Assembly: GCF_963921235.1 (NCBI RefSeq)
Contig: NC_086097.1
Location: forward strand, 50,222,001-50,286,000
Direction: 5' to 3'
DNA length: 64,000 bases
Source of the DNA: Mobula hypostoma
Lineage: Eukaryota
Of this stretch, positions 37,865 to 50,912 are shown one piece after another. The first letter of the stretch is position 1. Every line of letters starts with the position of its first letter. A program made the position numbers and the translations under genes. The notes under the pieces were generated by a model that saw nothing but the letters and a program-made list of their open reading frames with translations, searched no databases and was not told where the DNA came from.

Positions 37865-38320
37865 AAGGTGTAATGTATGAGGAGTGTTTGACAGCTCTGG
37901 GCCCAAACTTGCTGGAGTTTAGAAGAAACAGGGGAGCAGGGGGTCTTATAAAAACCTACCAAATATTGAAGGGACTGGATAGAGTGGACATGGAGAGGAT
38001 GCTTCCAATAATAGGGGAGTCTAGGACCAGAGGACACAGGCTCAGAGTATAAAGACGTCCCTTTGGACCAGAGATGAGGAGGAATTTCTGTAGCCAGAAG
38101 GTGGTGAATCTGTGACATTCATTGCCTTAGGTGGCAGTGGAGGGCAAGTTATGGGTACATTTAAAGCAGTGGTTGTTAATTCTTGATTAGTTAAAGCATC
38201 AAAGGTTATAGGGAGAAGGCAGGAGAACGGGGTTGAGAAGGAAAATAAATCGGTCATGATCAAATGGTAGAGCAGACCCAATGGGCCAAATGGCCTAATT
38301 CTGCTCCTATGTCTTATTTT
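37865..38320 (+). mobile_element. CR1 3' fragment
   Basis: GESRTRGHRL region and CR1 3' UTR. Confidence 0.85.
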
Positions 38321-38694
38321 ATGATAATTATTAAATAAAAAATACCTGCCTATTATTCTCTGAAAACATGATTATGTTGAATGGATCTCTTAAGGAGATG
38401 AGCTACTTGACAAGCTTCTATCCAATATTATACATATTGTTACGCACGAGTAATTACGTAATGTGTTCTCTTCCTATTTCTGAAAACAAGCACAAACATT
38501 AGGTAAAAACATTCAAATGTTACATGGAGGACGGTCAGTTTGTTCACAGTTATTAGGGAAATCTATAACAATAGAAAGTTTCCTGTTTATTCTCAATTCT
38601 AGTGTGAGACTATAGATAAGGAATGTAGTAATCAGCCTTACCAAGCAGTGTAGCAGGAAATTGAGAAATAAATTTAAATTTTGACAGCTGACAC

Positions 38695-39428
38695 ACAAGT
38701 GTGAGGTTGGATCACTCTGGGTGCCGAGCTGATTTGAAGAGTTTGAGAGCAGCTTCAGGCCGGGCAGTGAAATCTTGGGCCGGAGCGAGTCGCTGGGTGG
38801 TGTGGTCCAAGCCTGGAGCCTTTCGTTGCAGCCGGGTCCTAGTGCAAGATACGATTCACTGTTTGGACAATTTAAACGCTGGCCCAGATTGGTGGCGAGA
38901 GCCGACATTGCTCACTCTCTGTGATGTTCACTCCTCTCTCCAGGGTGCTGGAGTTTTTTGCTGTTCCATTATTTGGTCAGTTTAAACAGCAGCCCACATA
39001 GAGTGAAAAGACGTGTGTTGGGATCCGGGACTAGAGTCGATTTTGTTCATTCTCTATGATGGTCACTCCTCTCTCCAAGGCACTGAGGCTACGAAGACTG
39101 TCCTGGCTGCTGTGCTCTGTGCCCGCTAATATGATGAACTGATAAGTGAGACTTTGGGCCTACTCCAGACTGCTCTGGGATTTGGATCTGAGGACTCCAT
39201 TTTGGTTCAGAATGTTGTTGTTTGCTTCAACTGTTTGCATGATCTGTATTTTTTTTATTTCTCTTGCACATCAAGTGTTGATATTTTATTTTTATTCTTA
39301 TTCTTTTTTTTCATTAATTGGGTTATTTTGGGTTTCTTGCTTTGTGGCAACCTGTGAGCAAGCAAATCTCAAGTTTGTACAACTTTTACATTCTTTGATA
39401 ATAAATGTACTTGAATCTTGAATCTTGA
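38695..39428 (+). mobile_element. ORF-less CpG-rich element with Rex1-like 3' tail
   Basis: Internal ~45 bp direct repeat (from ~38908 and ~39043), T-rich 3' region, AATAAA and (TTGAATC)n tail. Confidence 0.65.
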
Positions 39429-40444
39429 AGTCATGATGTCATACAGCTAGCAACATCACAGACATTCCAACCACTCTCTATTTACTACCAACTGTATTTT
39501 AAACTTAAATTACTTTAAACGTATTAGTCTAAATGGTGATCTGTAAATCATTTGGGAGAGTGTTAAAGTAAAAGCATACAGCTATTTTTCAAATGTATTG
39601 TTGAATAAGTATGCCAAGATTTATTTGCTACTTGTTAAATACACAGAATTTCATTAGACACTCAATTTTTTAAATTTCAAATTAACTACAGAAAATGTTG
39701 GGTTTTTTTAAAAACCGGAGATAGCAACATAAATGACAGAGAATTCTTATGACAGAAGGGAATAATGTTCCCATAATTTGTTCCCCATTTAGTTCTCCTG
39801 GCATTGAATGAAAAATGTTATTTGTTTGTGCGTCAGTTCTGAAAAATTATGCAAATTATAAAATAGCAATATAAAATAACAGTAGGATCAGAGAAGGAGA
39901 TTGGTCTAAAAGAGCATCTTCAAGAAAGGGAATGAAATGTAAGTTGCTCTTACAGAATTCTATAATTCAGAGAGGGATTGCCCAAGCTTGGAGTTAAGGC
40001 ATCTCGAAATACAGCACAACGAAGCAATTAAAATCAAGTTGGTAGAACTTGATTGGTGTGCAAGTGTTGTAGAGGTTGTAGAGGTTGTAGAAGTAAGGCA
40101 GGGGCAAACCTTTAGAGAGATTTGAAAACAAGGATGGGTATTTAATAATTACTGAACACATCCAAACTAGCTCAGTAAGTGCAAAGTTTGATGAGTAATA
40201 TGTGATGTAAATCAGGATGAACTCATGAGACAGCAGTAAAAGATAGGAGACAGTCAAAGATATAGCAATGGTCAAAGCTAGAGATAAAAAGGGCTTTAAT
40301 AAAGGCTAATAAAATGAGGTAAAATGGAAATCAGCAGTCTTATAGCAACACGTGTTAACAACATGGTGTGGAAACGGGATTAAAGTTCATCATTGGATCA
40401 GTATCTCCAAAACTGTGAACAAAATGGGTCAGCATTTGATATTG

Positions 40445-43395
40445 ACTGGAGCAAAGTGAACTACGGAAGTTTGAGGAAGGACTTGGCCAAAATTGACTGG
40501 AAGGGGACACTAGCAGGGATGATGGCAGAACAGCAGTAGCAGGGAGTTTCTGGGAGCAGTTTAGAAAGTGCAGGATAGATACCTGCCAAAGAAGAGGCAT
40601 TCTAAAGGAAGGATGAGGCAAATGTCAAAGGAAAGTCAAAGACAACATAAGAGCAAAACAGAGAGGATATAATATAGAAAAATTGGTGGTAAGTTAGAGG
40701 AATGAGAGGCTTTTAAAAACCAACAGAATGCAACTAAAAAGAGATAAGGAGAGATAAAGTGAAGTATAAAAGTAATCTAGCCAGTAATACAAAAAAGGAT
40801 ACCAAAAGTTTTCTCGGATATATAAAGAGTAAAAGACAGGCGAGAGTTAATTCGGAGTGCTCTAAATGATGCTGCCGAGGTAGTAACTCGATAAGTGTCT
40901 TGTATTAGTCTTTACTGTGGAAGACACCAGCAGTATACAAGAAATTCAAAGAATGTCAGGGCAGAAGTGAATGTAGTTGCTAATACTAAGGATGAGTTGA
41001 TTGGGAAGCTGAAATGTACTGTAGGTAAGTCACCTGGACCAGATGGACTACACCCCAAGGTACTGGAAGAGGTAGCTGTACAGATTCTGGAGACATTAGT
41101 AGTGATCCTTCAAGAATTAGTAGATTTTGGAATGGTTAAGAATTCAGGTTTATTATCACAAGTATGTGATGTGAAATATGTTATCTTAGCATCAGCAGTT
41201 CAATGCAATACATAATACAGAAGAAAAAAGCAAAATAAAATACTAATAATAAATAAATCAATTACAGTATATTTATTGAATAGATTAAAAATCATGCAAA
41301 AAACAGAAATAATATAAATTTTAAAAGTGAGGTAGTGTCCAAAGGTTCAATATCCATTTAGGAATCAGGTGGCAGAGGGGAAGAAGCTGTTCCTGAATCA
41401 CTGAGTGTGTACCTTCAGGCTTCTGTACCTCCTACCTGATGGTAACAATGAGAAAAGGGCATGCCCTGGGTGCTGGAGGTCATTAATAATGGACGCTGCC
41501 TTTCTGAGACACTGCTCCTTGAAGATGTCCTGTGTACTTTGTAGGCTAGTACCCAAGATGGAGCTGACTAGATTTACAACCTTCTGCAGTTTTTTTCAGT
41601 CCTGTGCAGTAGCTCCCCTCCCCCATACCAGTCAATGATGCAGCCTGTCAGAATGCTCTCCACAGTACATCTATAGAAGTTTTTGTGTGTATTTGTTGTC
41701 ATACCAAATCTCTTCAAACTCCTAATGAAGTATAGCTGCTGCCTTGCCTTCTTTATAACCGCATCAATATGTTGGGACCAGGTTAGATCCTCAGAGGTCT
41801 TGACACCCAGGAACTCGAAACTGCTCACTCTCTCCAGTTCTGATCCCTCTATGAGGATTGGTATGTGTTCCTTCATCTTACCCTTCCTGAAGTCCACTAT
41901 CAGCTCTTCCGTCCTACTGACGTTGAGTGCCATGTTGTTGCTGTGACTAGTTGGCATACCTCGATCCTGTATGCCCTCTCGTCTCCATCTGAGATTCCAT
42001 CAACAATGGTTGTATCTTCAGCAAATTTATAGATGGTATTTGAGATAGGAAATTATAAGCCAGTTTGCTTAACTTCAGAGTTTGGGTAGATGTTGAAGTC
42101 CATTATTAAGGATGAGATTTTGGGGATACTTGGAGGCACATCATAAAACAGGCCAAAGTCAGCATGGTTTCCTTAAGGGGAAATCTTGCATGACAAATCT
42201 GTTGGAATTCTTTGAAGAAATCACAGCCAAAGGAGAGTCAATTGATATTGTTTACTTGGATTTTCAGAAGGCCTTCGACAAGGTGCCACACATGAAGTTG
42301 CTTATTAAGATAAGAGCCCATGGTATAACAAGAAAGATACCAGCATGGATAGAAAATTGGCTGACTGGCAGGAGACAAAGAGTGGAAATAAAGGGGGACT
42401 TTTCTGGTTGGCTGCCAGTGACTAGCGGTGTTCCACAGGGAACAGAGTTGGGACAGCTTCTTGTCACATTATGTGCTGAAATTGATGGCTTTCTGGCAAA
42501 GTTTGCAAACACTACGAAGATAGGTAGAGGGGCAGGTAGTGTTGATGAAGCAGGGAATCTGCAGAAGGTCTTAGAAATGTTGGGAGGATTGGCAAATAGG
42601 TGGCAGATGGAATGCAGTGTAGGGAAATGTGTGGTCATGCAATTGGTGGAATGAATAAAGGAACAGAATTTTTTTTCAGAATGGGTGCAAATTCAAAATT
42701 ACAGGAGCAAAGAGACTTGGAGGTCCTCATGCAGAATACCTTGAAGGTTAACTTGAAGTTTGAACTGGCAGTAAAGAAGGTAAATGCAATGATAGCATTT
42801 ATTTTGAAAGGACTAGAATATAAAAGCAAATATAAAACACTGAGGCTTTATATTGCACTGGTCAAACAATATTAGGAGTATTGTGAGCAACTTTGGGTCC
42901 AGAGGAGGCTTACAAGAATTATTCCAGAGATGAAAGGGTTAACATATGAGGAGCATTTGATGGCTCTGGGCTTGTACTCACTGATGTTTCAGAAAAATGA
43001 GGAGAATCTCATTGAAACCTACCAAATATTGAAAGGCCTAGATAGAGTGATCGTAGAGAGAATGTTTGCTATAGTGGGTGAGTCTAGGACCAGAGGGAAC
43101 AGCCTCAGAACACAGGCACATGATGAACAGAAATGAGGAGGAATTTCTCCGTCAGAGGGTAGTGAGTTTGTGGAATTCATTGCCACAGATGGCTAAGGAG
43201 GCAAAGTCATTGGATATATTTAAAGTTGTGGTTGATTGGTTCTTGATTAGTCAGGGCGTCAAAAGTTATGGGAGAAGGCAGGAGAATGGGGTTGAGAGGA
43301 ATAATAAATCAGCCATGATCGAATGACAGAGCAGACTTGATGGGCCGAATGGCCAATTCCGTTCATACGTCTTTTGGTCCTATGGTCCTATGAAA
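40445..43395 (+). mobile_element. Decayed CR1 ORF2 split by a Rex1-like LINE
   Basis: KSPGPDGLHPKVL; QHGFLKGKSC...[11 protein letters not shown]...GVPQG; (CCTATGGT) tail. Confidence 0.9.
41136..42045 (-). mobile_element. Rex1/Babar-like LINE 3' part nested in CR1
   Basis: LNVSRTEELIVDFRK...FLGV..SEDLTW...KKARQQLYFIRSLKRFG...FYRCTVESILTGCI. Confidence 0.9.
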
Positions 43396-45149
43396 TGGCT
43401 CAGGGGAGAAGTTTTAGATAACCGCTTTATTGCTTTATGTTAGCAAGCAGTAGATAGTTTTTTTAATAAAATTGATTCAGCAATAATTTATTGTTTATTT
43501 TGTATGTGGAGATTGCCCTCTGCAGTTCATCAGTTGTAAAAACAAATTTATATTTACTATTAATAAATGCTACCCTGAAACCTAGATCTTTTTGTGAGAG
43601 ATGATTTTTCACCCTTAATGGGTCTTGGCAACTTTTTTAGTGTTGAGTATATTTTATAACTCTGCTGATGTTACAGTTTAATTGTATCTTTAAGGTTCAT
43701 CTTTGTGCAGTTCGATATGTAGAACTACTGTCTGGCTTTTCTCACTTATAATCAATCATATCCATAAATGAGTTGGAAGTTCAGTGATAATTTTTATAAA
43801 CTTTGAATCAAATGTGTTTTCAATGGGAAAAGAAAACAAACTACTCTCATTTAGATCATTCAAGGGTACCGTGATTTGACTCTGCATTACCGACAGATCA
43901 TCAATGAACAGCCATGCTGAACCCTCTGTAAAAACAAAGAATAAATGTTTACAACAGTAAATGTGAGGATCACTGCAGGGATTTTTTAACATTGTTTCTA
44001 CAAATGCTGCATGATTTTCAACATTACATTGGATTAGCAATTCTACTCCTAGATGTAAATTAAATGCAAACACCTTGTAGTGTTTATCAATGGTGTTAAA
44101 TTATGGAAAAACATTGCAATCCAGTCTGCAGACATGTTTTACAACTGATGAAAGTCTTATGAGTTGCAGTTAGGCTCAATGTAACTGGCTGAACACTGCA
44201 AAATATTAATTTATTCAACATTTATGATTAATAAATCTATTACCATATAAAGCAAAACGTCATGCTTTGATATTTGCTGCTGCCAGTTTCAATGTGGTTG
44301 GAAAGAGTATTTTTAAAGAATTCAAAAATAAGGAGTAATAAACATGACTCAAACAATTTTCACAACTTTTTCTCACAAAACTGAACAAAATGTTCTTCTA
44401 ACAAAGCACACTCAGTTACATAGTAAGTACAGTGTCAACTTCCAAAGTCCAAATTTTAATTAGTTTGCTTAAAGAACACTTAATTTCTTTGTTCAAAAAG
44501 CCTGTTATTGAAGTCACTTATGACATCAAACACATACGTATACTGTACGTGACTAAGGTAAATTTATCCAGAATCATTCTTTTATATGTTTCCGCAGACG
44601 TCTTTCTTCAATGTCTCTCCAGCACTGCCTGGCTGAGTGGAATCCCACACGGCTGGTTCCATTCTAATAGATCTGGTAACATCCAGCGAAAAGTGTGTAG
44701 TGAATTCTCTTCCTATTCCCACATACTGTAGGTACCACTGGTTGTTATCCAAAAATCTATCATTGACCCTTCCTCATTCCCACATGCTCCCTATTCTCCA
44801 TACTGTTATGTAAAAAGAATTGATTTCCATCTGTATGCTGATTGCCCACAGTTGTATAATCACCCCAACCACTCCAAACTTTCCATAGTTTCCAATTTGC
44901 ATTCAGTTTGTCCAACATCCAGCAGGGCAAACCGGAGCCGATACTTTGGTCACATCACAGGCTTTGCCCGCAAAACCATGCTGCCTGAAGGCATCGTTAC
45001 TCTTTCCAAATAGCTCTGATCAGGAACAATTAGAAATAGTTGAAAAAACGCTATAATGCCTACTTCCTTATCATTTACATTGGGCAGTTCCATGCATTCT
45101 CCAGTTTATCTACCATAAAAAATATTCATAATCTTTTTATTAGATTAAT

Positions 45150-45757
45150 TAGTCCTCTTTTATTGTCATTTAGTAATGCATGCATTAAGAAATGATACAA
45201 TATTTCCTCCGGTGCGATATTACAAAACACAAGACAGACCAAAACTGAAAAAACTAAAAAAAACACATAATTATAACATATAGTTACAACAGTGCAACAA
45301 TACCATAACTTGATGAAGAACAGTCCATGAGCACAGTAAAAAGTTCAAAGTCTCTCAAATGTCCCACATCTCACGCAGACGGGAGAAGGAAGAAAAACTC
45401 TCCCTGCCATGCCCGACCATAGTCCGACCCTGAGTCGTCCGAAAACTTCAAGCCTCCGATCAGCTCTCTGACACCGAGAACCAAGCACCATCTCTATCCG
45501 AACGATTCGACCTCAATCTCAGTTGCCAACAGCAGGCAAAGCTGGGGATTTTGAGGCCTTCCCTCAGGAAGATTCTCGATCGCGCAGTAACAACAGCAGT
45601 GAACCAGCATTTCAGAAATTTCTCCAGATGTTCCTCTGTGCTTTCACGTCTGTCTCCATCAAATCAGAATTGTCCACGGCCCCTATTTAACGGATACAAT
45701 ATCATTTTCACCGGAGGGCTGTGCATGCACGGCGCGCTGCTATCTCTCCTCCCGCAC
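45150..45757 (-). mobile_element. ORF-less CpG-rich element with LINE-like 3' tail
   Basis: Minus strand starts GCGGGAGGAGAGATAGCAGCGCGCC; retained CpGs; T-rich 3' part ending ...GACAATAAAAGAGGAC. Confidence 0.6.
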
Positions 45758-46679
45758 TAATCTTCCATTATCTCTCAAATTAATTATTCCAATCTGGCTT
45801 CACACTGTTTAGCTTCTATAAATTTAAGATAATGCCAAACTCAATGTCCTTAGTGTTAATTTGCTTCAAGCTCCATCAACCTTGCATGTCTAAGTAATAC
45901 AGAGTCTCACTTAATCAATGCTCCATTTTCAGATTTCTGTCCTTGCTTTAAAACCTCTGGATCTCCTCTCCCTTTTCTCTTTTTAGTTTCCATACCTAAG
46001 CTGCCAAGGCCTAAGCTCCAAGCTATTGCTCCTTCGACTGAATAATTTATTTCATAACTTGGTGCTAAAATTCTCCTGTTAATACTCCTGTGAATTACAC
46101 TGGAATAATTTACCATTTTATAGATCTATATATAAAAGTTGTTGGAAAAAGCTTCAGTGCGAGATATCAATTTGCATTTGTTTTATTCCCCCTCGTGACC
46201 TTAAAAGAGAATCATAACTGCAATGTTATTTTCTAAACGTGTTGTTGAGTTGGTATTTCTCGTCTGTCCCAAACTCCCCTGAGGAATGTGAGCTCTCAGG
46301 TGAGGTAGAAGAAGGGAGTGGCATGTGACATGCTTGAAACCTTAAAATGACGTAGGTTTCTAAGTGCTTTTCAGTTCAGCTGCTTATTACTGCGTCTTTA
46401 TCAGATTTCCCAGTGATTGCCAAGAATGGGAGTGGTGGCAACCTGTTCAAGTCATTTCAGACTCTGGAATGTTTAAGCCAGAAGCATACCATTTGAAATG
46501 ACACCATTTAAAATGCCATTGCCCTTATCTTCCATAATTCCTTCAAACTGGGAAGGACTCATTTAGATGGGAAGAAAGCTTATGTCACTCTACTTGTTAA
46601 AAATAATTGCTCGCCAAAGAAAGCTAGGGATCTGAAGAAAGGTGTTCATTACGTTATTGCTAGCAGAGAAATATTAATT

Positions 46680-46960
46680 TTATTTATTGATTGATCTTCA
46701 GTATGGAGTAGGCCCTTCCAGCCCTTTGCACTGCAGAGCCCAACCAGTCCCCCAATTTAATCCTAGCCTAATCCCAGACAATTTACAATGACCAATTAAC
46801 CTACCAACTGATCGGCAGATCTTTGGGAGGAAACCAGAGCACCTGGAGGACACCCACATGGCCATGGGGAGAATGTACAAATTCCTTACAGGCAGTGGCA
46901 GGAATTGAACCCGAGTCACTGGTAATGTAAAGCCTTGTGCCGTACAATACCGTGCTGCCC
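46680..46960 (-). mobile_element. tRNA-derived V-SINE (HE1-like), full length
   Basis: Head GGGCAGCACGGT, B box GGGTTCAATTCC, V-domain GGGTGTCCTCCAGGTGCTCTGGTTTCCTCCCA, CR1-type tail GAAGGGCCTACTCC. Confidence 0.85.
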
Positions 46961-47879
46961 AATATGGGAGTGTCAACAGATGATAGCTAAGGGGGAAATG
47001 GAAGAGGGAGCTACAATCCATTTCTCACCATTTTTCCAAATCGCAGCCCTTACTTAGCACTCCATATCTCATGGCCAGCTCTCTCCTTGCACAGGTGAAG
47101 TTAGGATTCAATACAATAGGAATTTAAATTCCATAGCTGTCTTGGTAAGGCTTGTACTCCGAGCTCTGGATTGTTACTTCATAGATACTCGTCTAGCAAC
47201 TTAACATTTGTGCACCGCAGTTGACTATAATATATGATTGTCAATACTGTGCAAGTATCTGTTTTCAAAGACAAAGAGGCTGAAATGGTGACTTCCATAA
47301 CTATTACTAAAAACATGACAATTGGGTCTTGTTCCAGTTGTCTGTGAATGTCAGCACCACTTGACCAAAATCCTTATTTGGAAGAATCTGAATCCCATTT
47401 GATCACGTTGAGGAAGCATAGATTTTTTTTACTCTCAAGGGTAGTGAAACTCTGGAAATCTCTATCTCAGAGGATGGTGGAGGTTAGATAAATATAAATA
47501 AATGTATAAATATGATTAAGGTGGAAATAGATAAATATAAATAAAAGTAAAGATTGAGGAATGTTGATCATATTGAATGGCATGGCAGACCTGTTTCTAC
47601 TTTATGTTCTTGTGTTCATAAAATACTATTTGCCTCTTCATCCTCCACTGGTTCACTCCTTCTGTGGAGCTGAGGATGTGTGAAATTAGTAGTCTGACAT
47701 GATTGTTGGGGCTTCTCTTTCTACCGCTGCTACTTCCATTCTTTTTCATCTTGGTTCTCATCTGAGGCCCACAGTAAAGCAGCATATGCAACAAGGTGAT
47801 GCTTTGTTAGATCAGAAGACTAAACAGGAGACAGATCTGCAACCTTGTGAAGCTGTCAAAGTAACCTCCAAAGTTGCCA

Positions 47880-48285
47880 AATTAGCTTTCCCTCTTTCAC
47901 CATTCCCCATCCCCTTTTCCCTCTCTAACCCTATCTCATTGCCTGCCCATCGCCTCCCTCTGGCACTCTCTTCTTTCTTCCATGGCCTTGTGTCCTCCCC
48001 TGTCAGACTCCCCTTTCTCCAACTGTGTATCTCTTTCACCAATCAACTTCCCAGCTCCTTACTTCATCCCTTCCCTCCTGGTTTCACCTATCACCTGGTG
48101 TTTCTATCTTTCCTACCCCTCCCCCCACCTTTTAAGTCTACTCCTCATCTTTTTCTCTCCAGTCCTGCCGAAGAGTCTCGGCCTGAAATGTCAGCTGTGC
48201 TTTTTTCCATAGTTGCTGCCTGGCCTGCTGAGTTCTTCCAGCATTTATTGTGTGTTGCTTAGATTTCCAGCATCTGCAGATTTTC
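47880..48285 (+). mobile_element. Penelope-like 3'/terminal fragment with decayed hammerhead
   Basis: Pyrimidine-rich body; CAGTC-CTGCCGA-...-GAAA-TGTC at 48160-48197. Confidence 0.8.
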
Positions 48286-49109
48286 AAAGGAGGTTCTCAG
48301 CAAAAGTATTGTGCACAAATCAAGAAAATAACTTTACGTGTTTGACTACTTGTTGGTATATTTCCCTCTCATATCTTAAATTGCTACAGTGTCCTCACTT
48401 TGCTTTTCTTGGCAAGCTCCGGAAAAACTGAGAAATCCAAAGACCTTGATAATTTGCAACACTATTGTTAATGTAGTTCCGATGTATTGGAATTTGAAAC
48501 AGGGTTCTCTGAACAGGGTCACCCTCCAAGTCATTCAAGTTTTAATTAAATGGTTTGGTTCCCAAGTACTCTCCATTTCAACATTATGAAGCCCTCTCTC
48601 TCCTGCATTTCTCTCCGTATTTCACACTAAATAGTGACGAGAGATGCCCTTCCCTGAAGGATATTAGTGAGTCAGTTTGTTTTTTTGACAACCCAGCTGT
48701 TTCAATGACTATTTTATCTGGTGTAGGCCAAAAAATTACCAGCTTCAGTTAGTTCTAAAGTAGCCATGATGCAATTTGAGTTGAAAACTGGGACAAAGAC
48801 CTTATATATTCCTAAATATTTCACTGAAAAATCTATAAAGAATTATTAAGGTGGATGTGTAGTTGAATATTTTCTATTAAACAAAAACAGGAAGCACAAA
48901 AGCAGAAGTATTTAAAAGATCGGACTTACTCTCCTCCCATTGAAGCAGCGTCGCACCCTGTCTGTCGTCAATGTTCCAGCTGGGTATTGGAAAAGGAAGA
49001 TTTACTCAAAATAGCAGCTGGCAACCACAGAGGTAGAGAGCCTGTTTTGACATTGACCTCCAGTCTCACAGCCTACTTGCTTTTCATTCCTGGAGTACGC
49101 TCTAAGGCC

Positions 49110-49740
49110 ATGTGAACATAGAGTAGTACAGCACAAGAGCTTCAGCCGATAATGTATGCCAAACTAATTAAACTAAATGACACCTGCCTGCACTTGGTCC
49201 ATGTTCCTCCATTCTCTGCATATTCATGTGCCTATCTAAGAGCCCTTCAGTGCCTCTATGTATTTGCCTGCAGTACCACCCCTGCAGCACATTCCAGCAG
49301 CCAGCACTCTGTGTTAAAAAAAGCTTGCCCACACATCTCCATTAAAATTTCCCTCTCTCACCTAAGTGTATGCTTCTAGTATTAGATATATTGATCCAAG
49401 AGAAAAGATACTGGTTGTCTGCTCTATCTATGCCTCTCATAATTTTATAAACTTTTATCTCCCCTTGACCCTAGTTTGTGCCATCTCTCCTTATAGCACA
49501 GGTACTCTAATCCAGACAGCATCCCCGTAAACCACTTCAACATAGCATCCACGTCCTTCCTATAATGGGGTGACCAGACATACAAAAATCCAGAGTTTTA
49601 TAAAGCTGTAACATAATTTACTACTTTTGAACTCAGAGCCTCAACTAATAAATACAAACATGCTTGCACCTTCTTTACCCCCTATCGACACAGGCAGCCA
49701 CTTCAGGGAGCTCTGACTTGGATACCTACATCCCTCTGTG
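49110..49740 (-). mobile_element. Old CR1 3' fragment
   Basis: Similar to 26500-27230 but more diverged. Confidence 0.7.
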
Positions 49741-50912
49741 ATCCTTTGATTGTGAGGTGAAGAAATTTTTCTGTTTGCTAGAACTCTAGAACAGACAATT
49801 GAATGTTATGATTATAATTGTAGAAACCTTTTTAATAATTGGCTCATCACAGATATCACTTATTAATTTAGGGAGTTTCCAGAAGTAAAATCAAGACTCT
49901 TGGACTTGTACTTTCATTTGACTTTAGTTTCTATAACTCAGATTCCTGAACGTCCTCTCGAGGAAACGTGTATCCCACATGGTTTATATCTTTCTGGGTA
50001 AATGTTACATTTAATGGTTTCATGTTAGATGTTTTCCTATCACAACTGGTTCAACTGATTTTTAAAATTGCCTTAAACCAGGATAGCTGGAAGAGAGACA
50101 AACGAAAATAAATTATAGGCCGGGTAGTCTGACCTCAGTGGCTGGGAAGATGTTGGAGTCGATTGTTGAGGAAGTGGTTTTGGCGTACTTGGAGGCGCAT
50201 GATAAAATAGGCTGTAGTCAGCATGGTTTCCTCAAGGGAAAATATTAACTGACAAATCTGTGTTGGAATTCTTTGAAGAAATAACAAGCAGGATAGACAA
50301 AGGAGAATCGATGGATGTTGTGTGCTTGGATTTTCAGAAGGCCTTTGACAAGGTGCTACACGAGGCTGCTTAACAAATTAAGAGCCCATGGTACTAAAGG
50401 AAAGATTCTGCCATGGATAAAGCAGTGGCTGATTGGCAGGAGGCAAAGAGTGGGAATAAAGGGAGCCTTTTCTGGCCAACTACCTGTGACTAGTGGTTCC
50501 CACAGGGATCACTGTTGGGATTGTTTGTTTTAACGTGACATGTCAATGATTTGGATGACAGAATTGATGGCTTTGTGGCCATGTTTGTGGATGATATGAA
50601 GAGAGGTGGAAGGGCAGGTAGTTTTGAGAAAGCAGAAACGCTACAGAAGAGTGGGAGATTAGGAGAATGGCAGTTGGCATAGAGTGTTGGGAAGTGTATG
50701 GTCATGTACTTTGTTAGAAGAAATAAAAGGGTAGACTATTTTATAAATGGAGAGGAAATTCAAAACTCTGAGGTGCAAAGGGACTTAGGAGTCCTCGTGC
50801 AGGATTTCATAAAGGTTCATTTACAGGTTGAGTCTGTAGTGAGGAAGGCAAATGCAAAGTTAGCATTTATTTCAAGAGGACTAGAATATAAAAGCAAGCA
50901 TGAAACGTTCAA

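Noticed and set aside
46860..46960. tRNA-like sequence with B box
   Set aside because: SINE head; no complete cloverleaf
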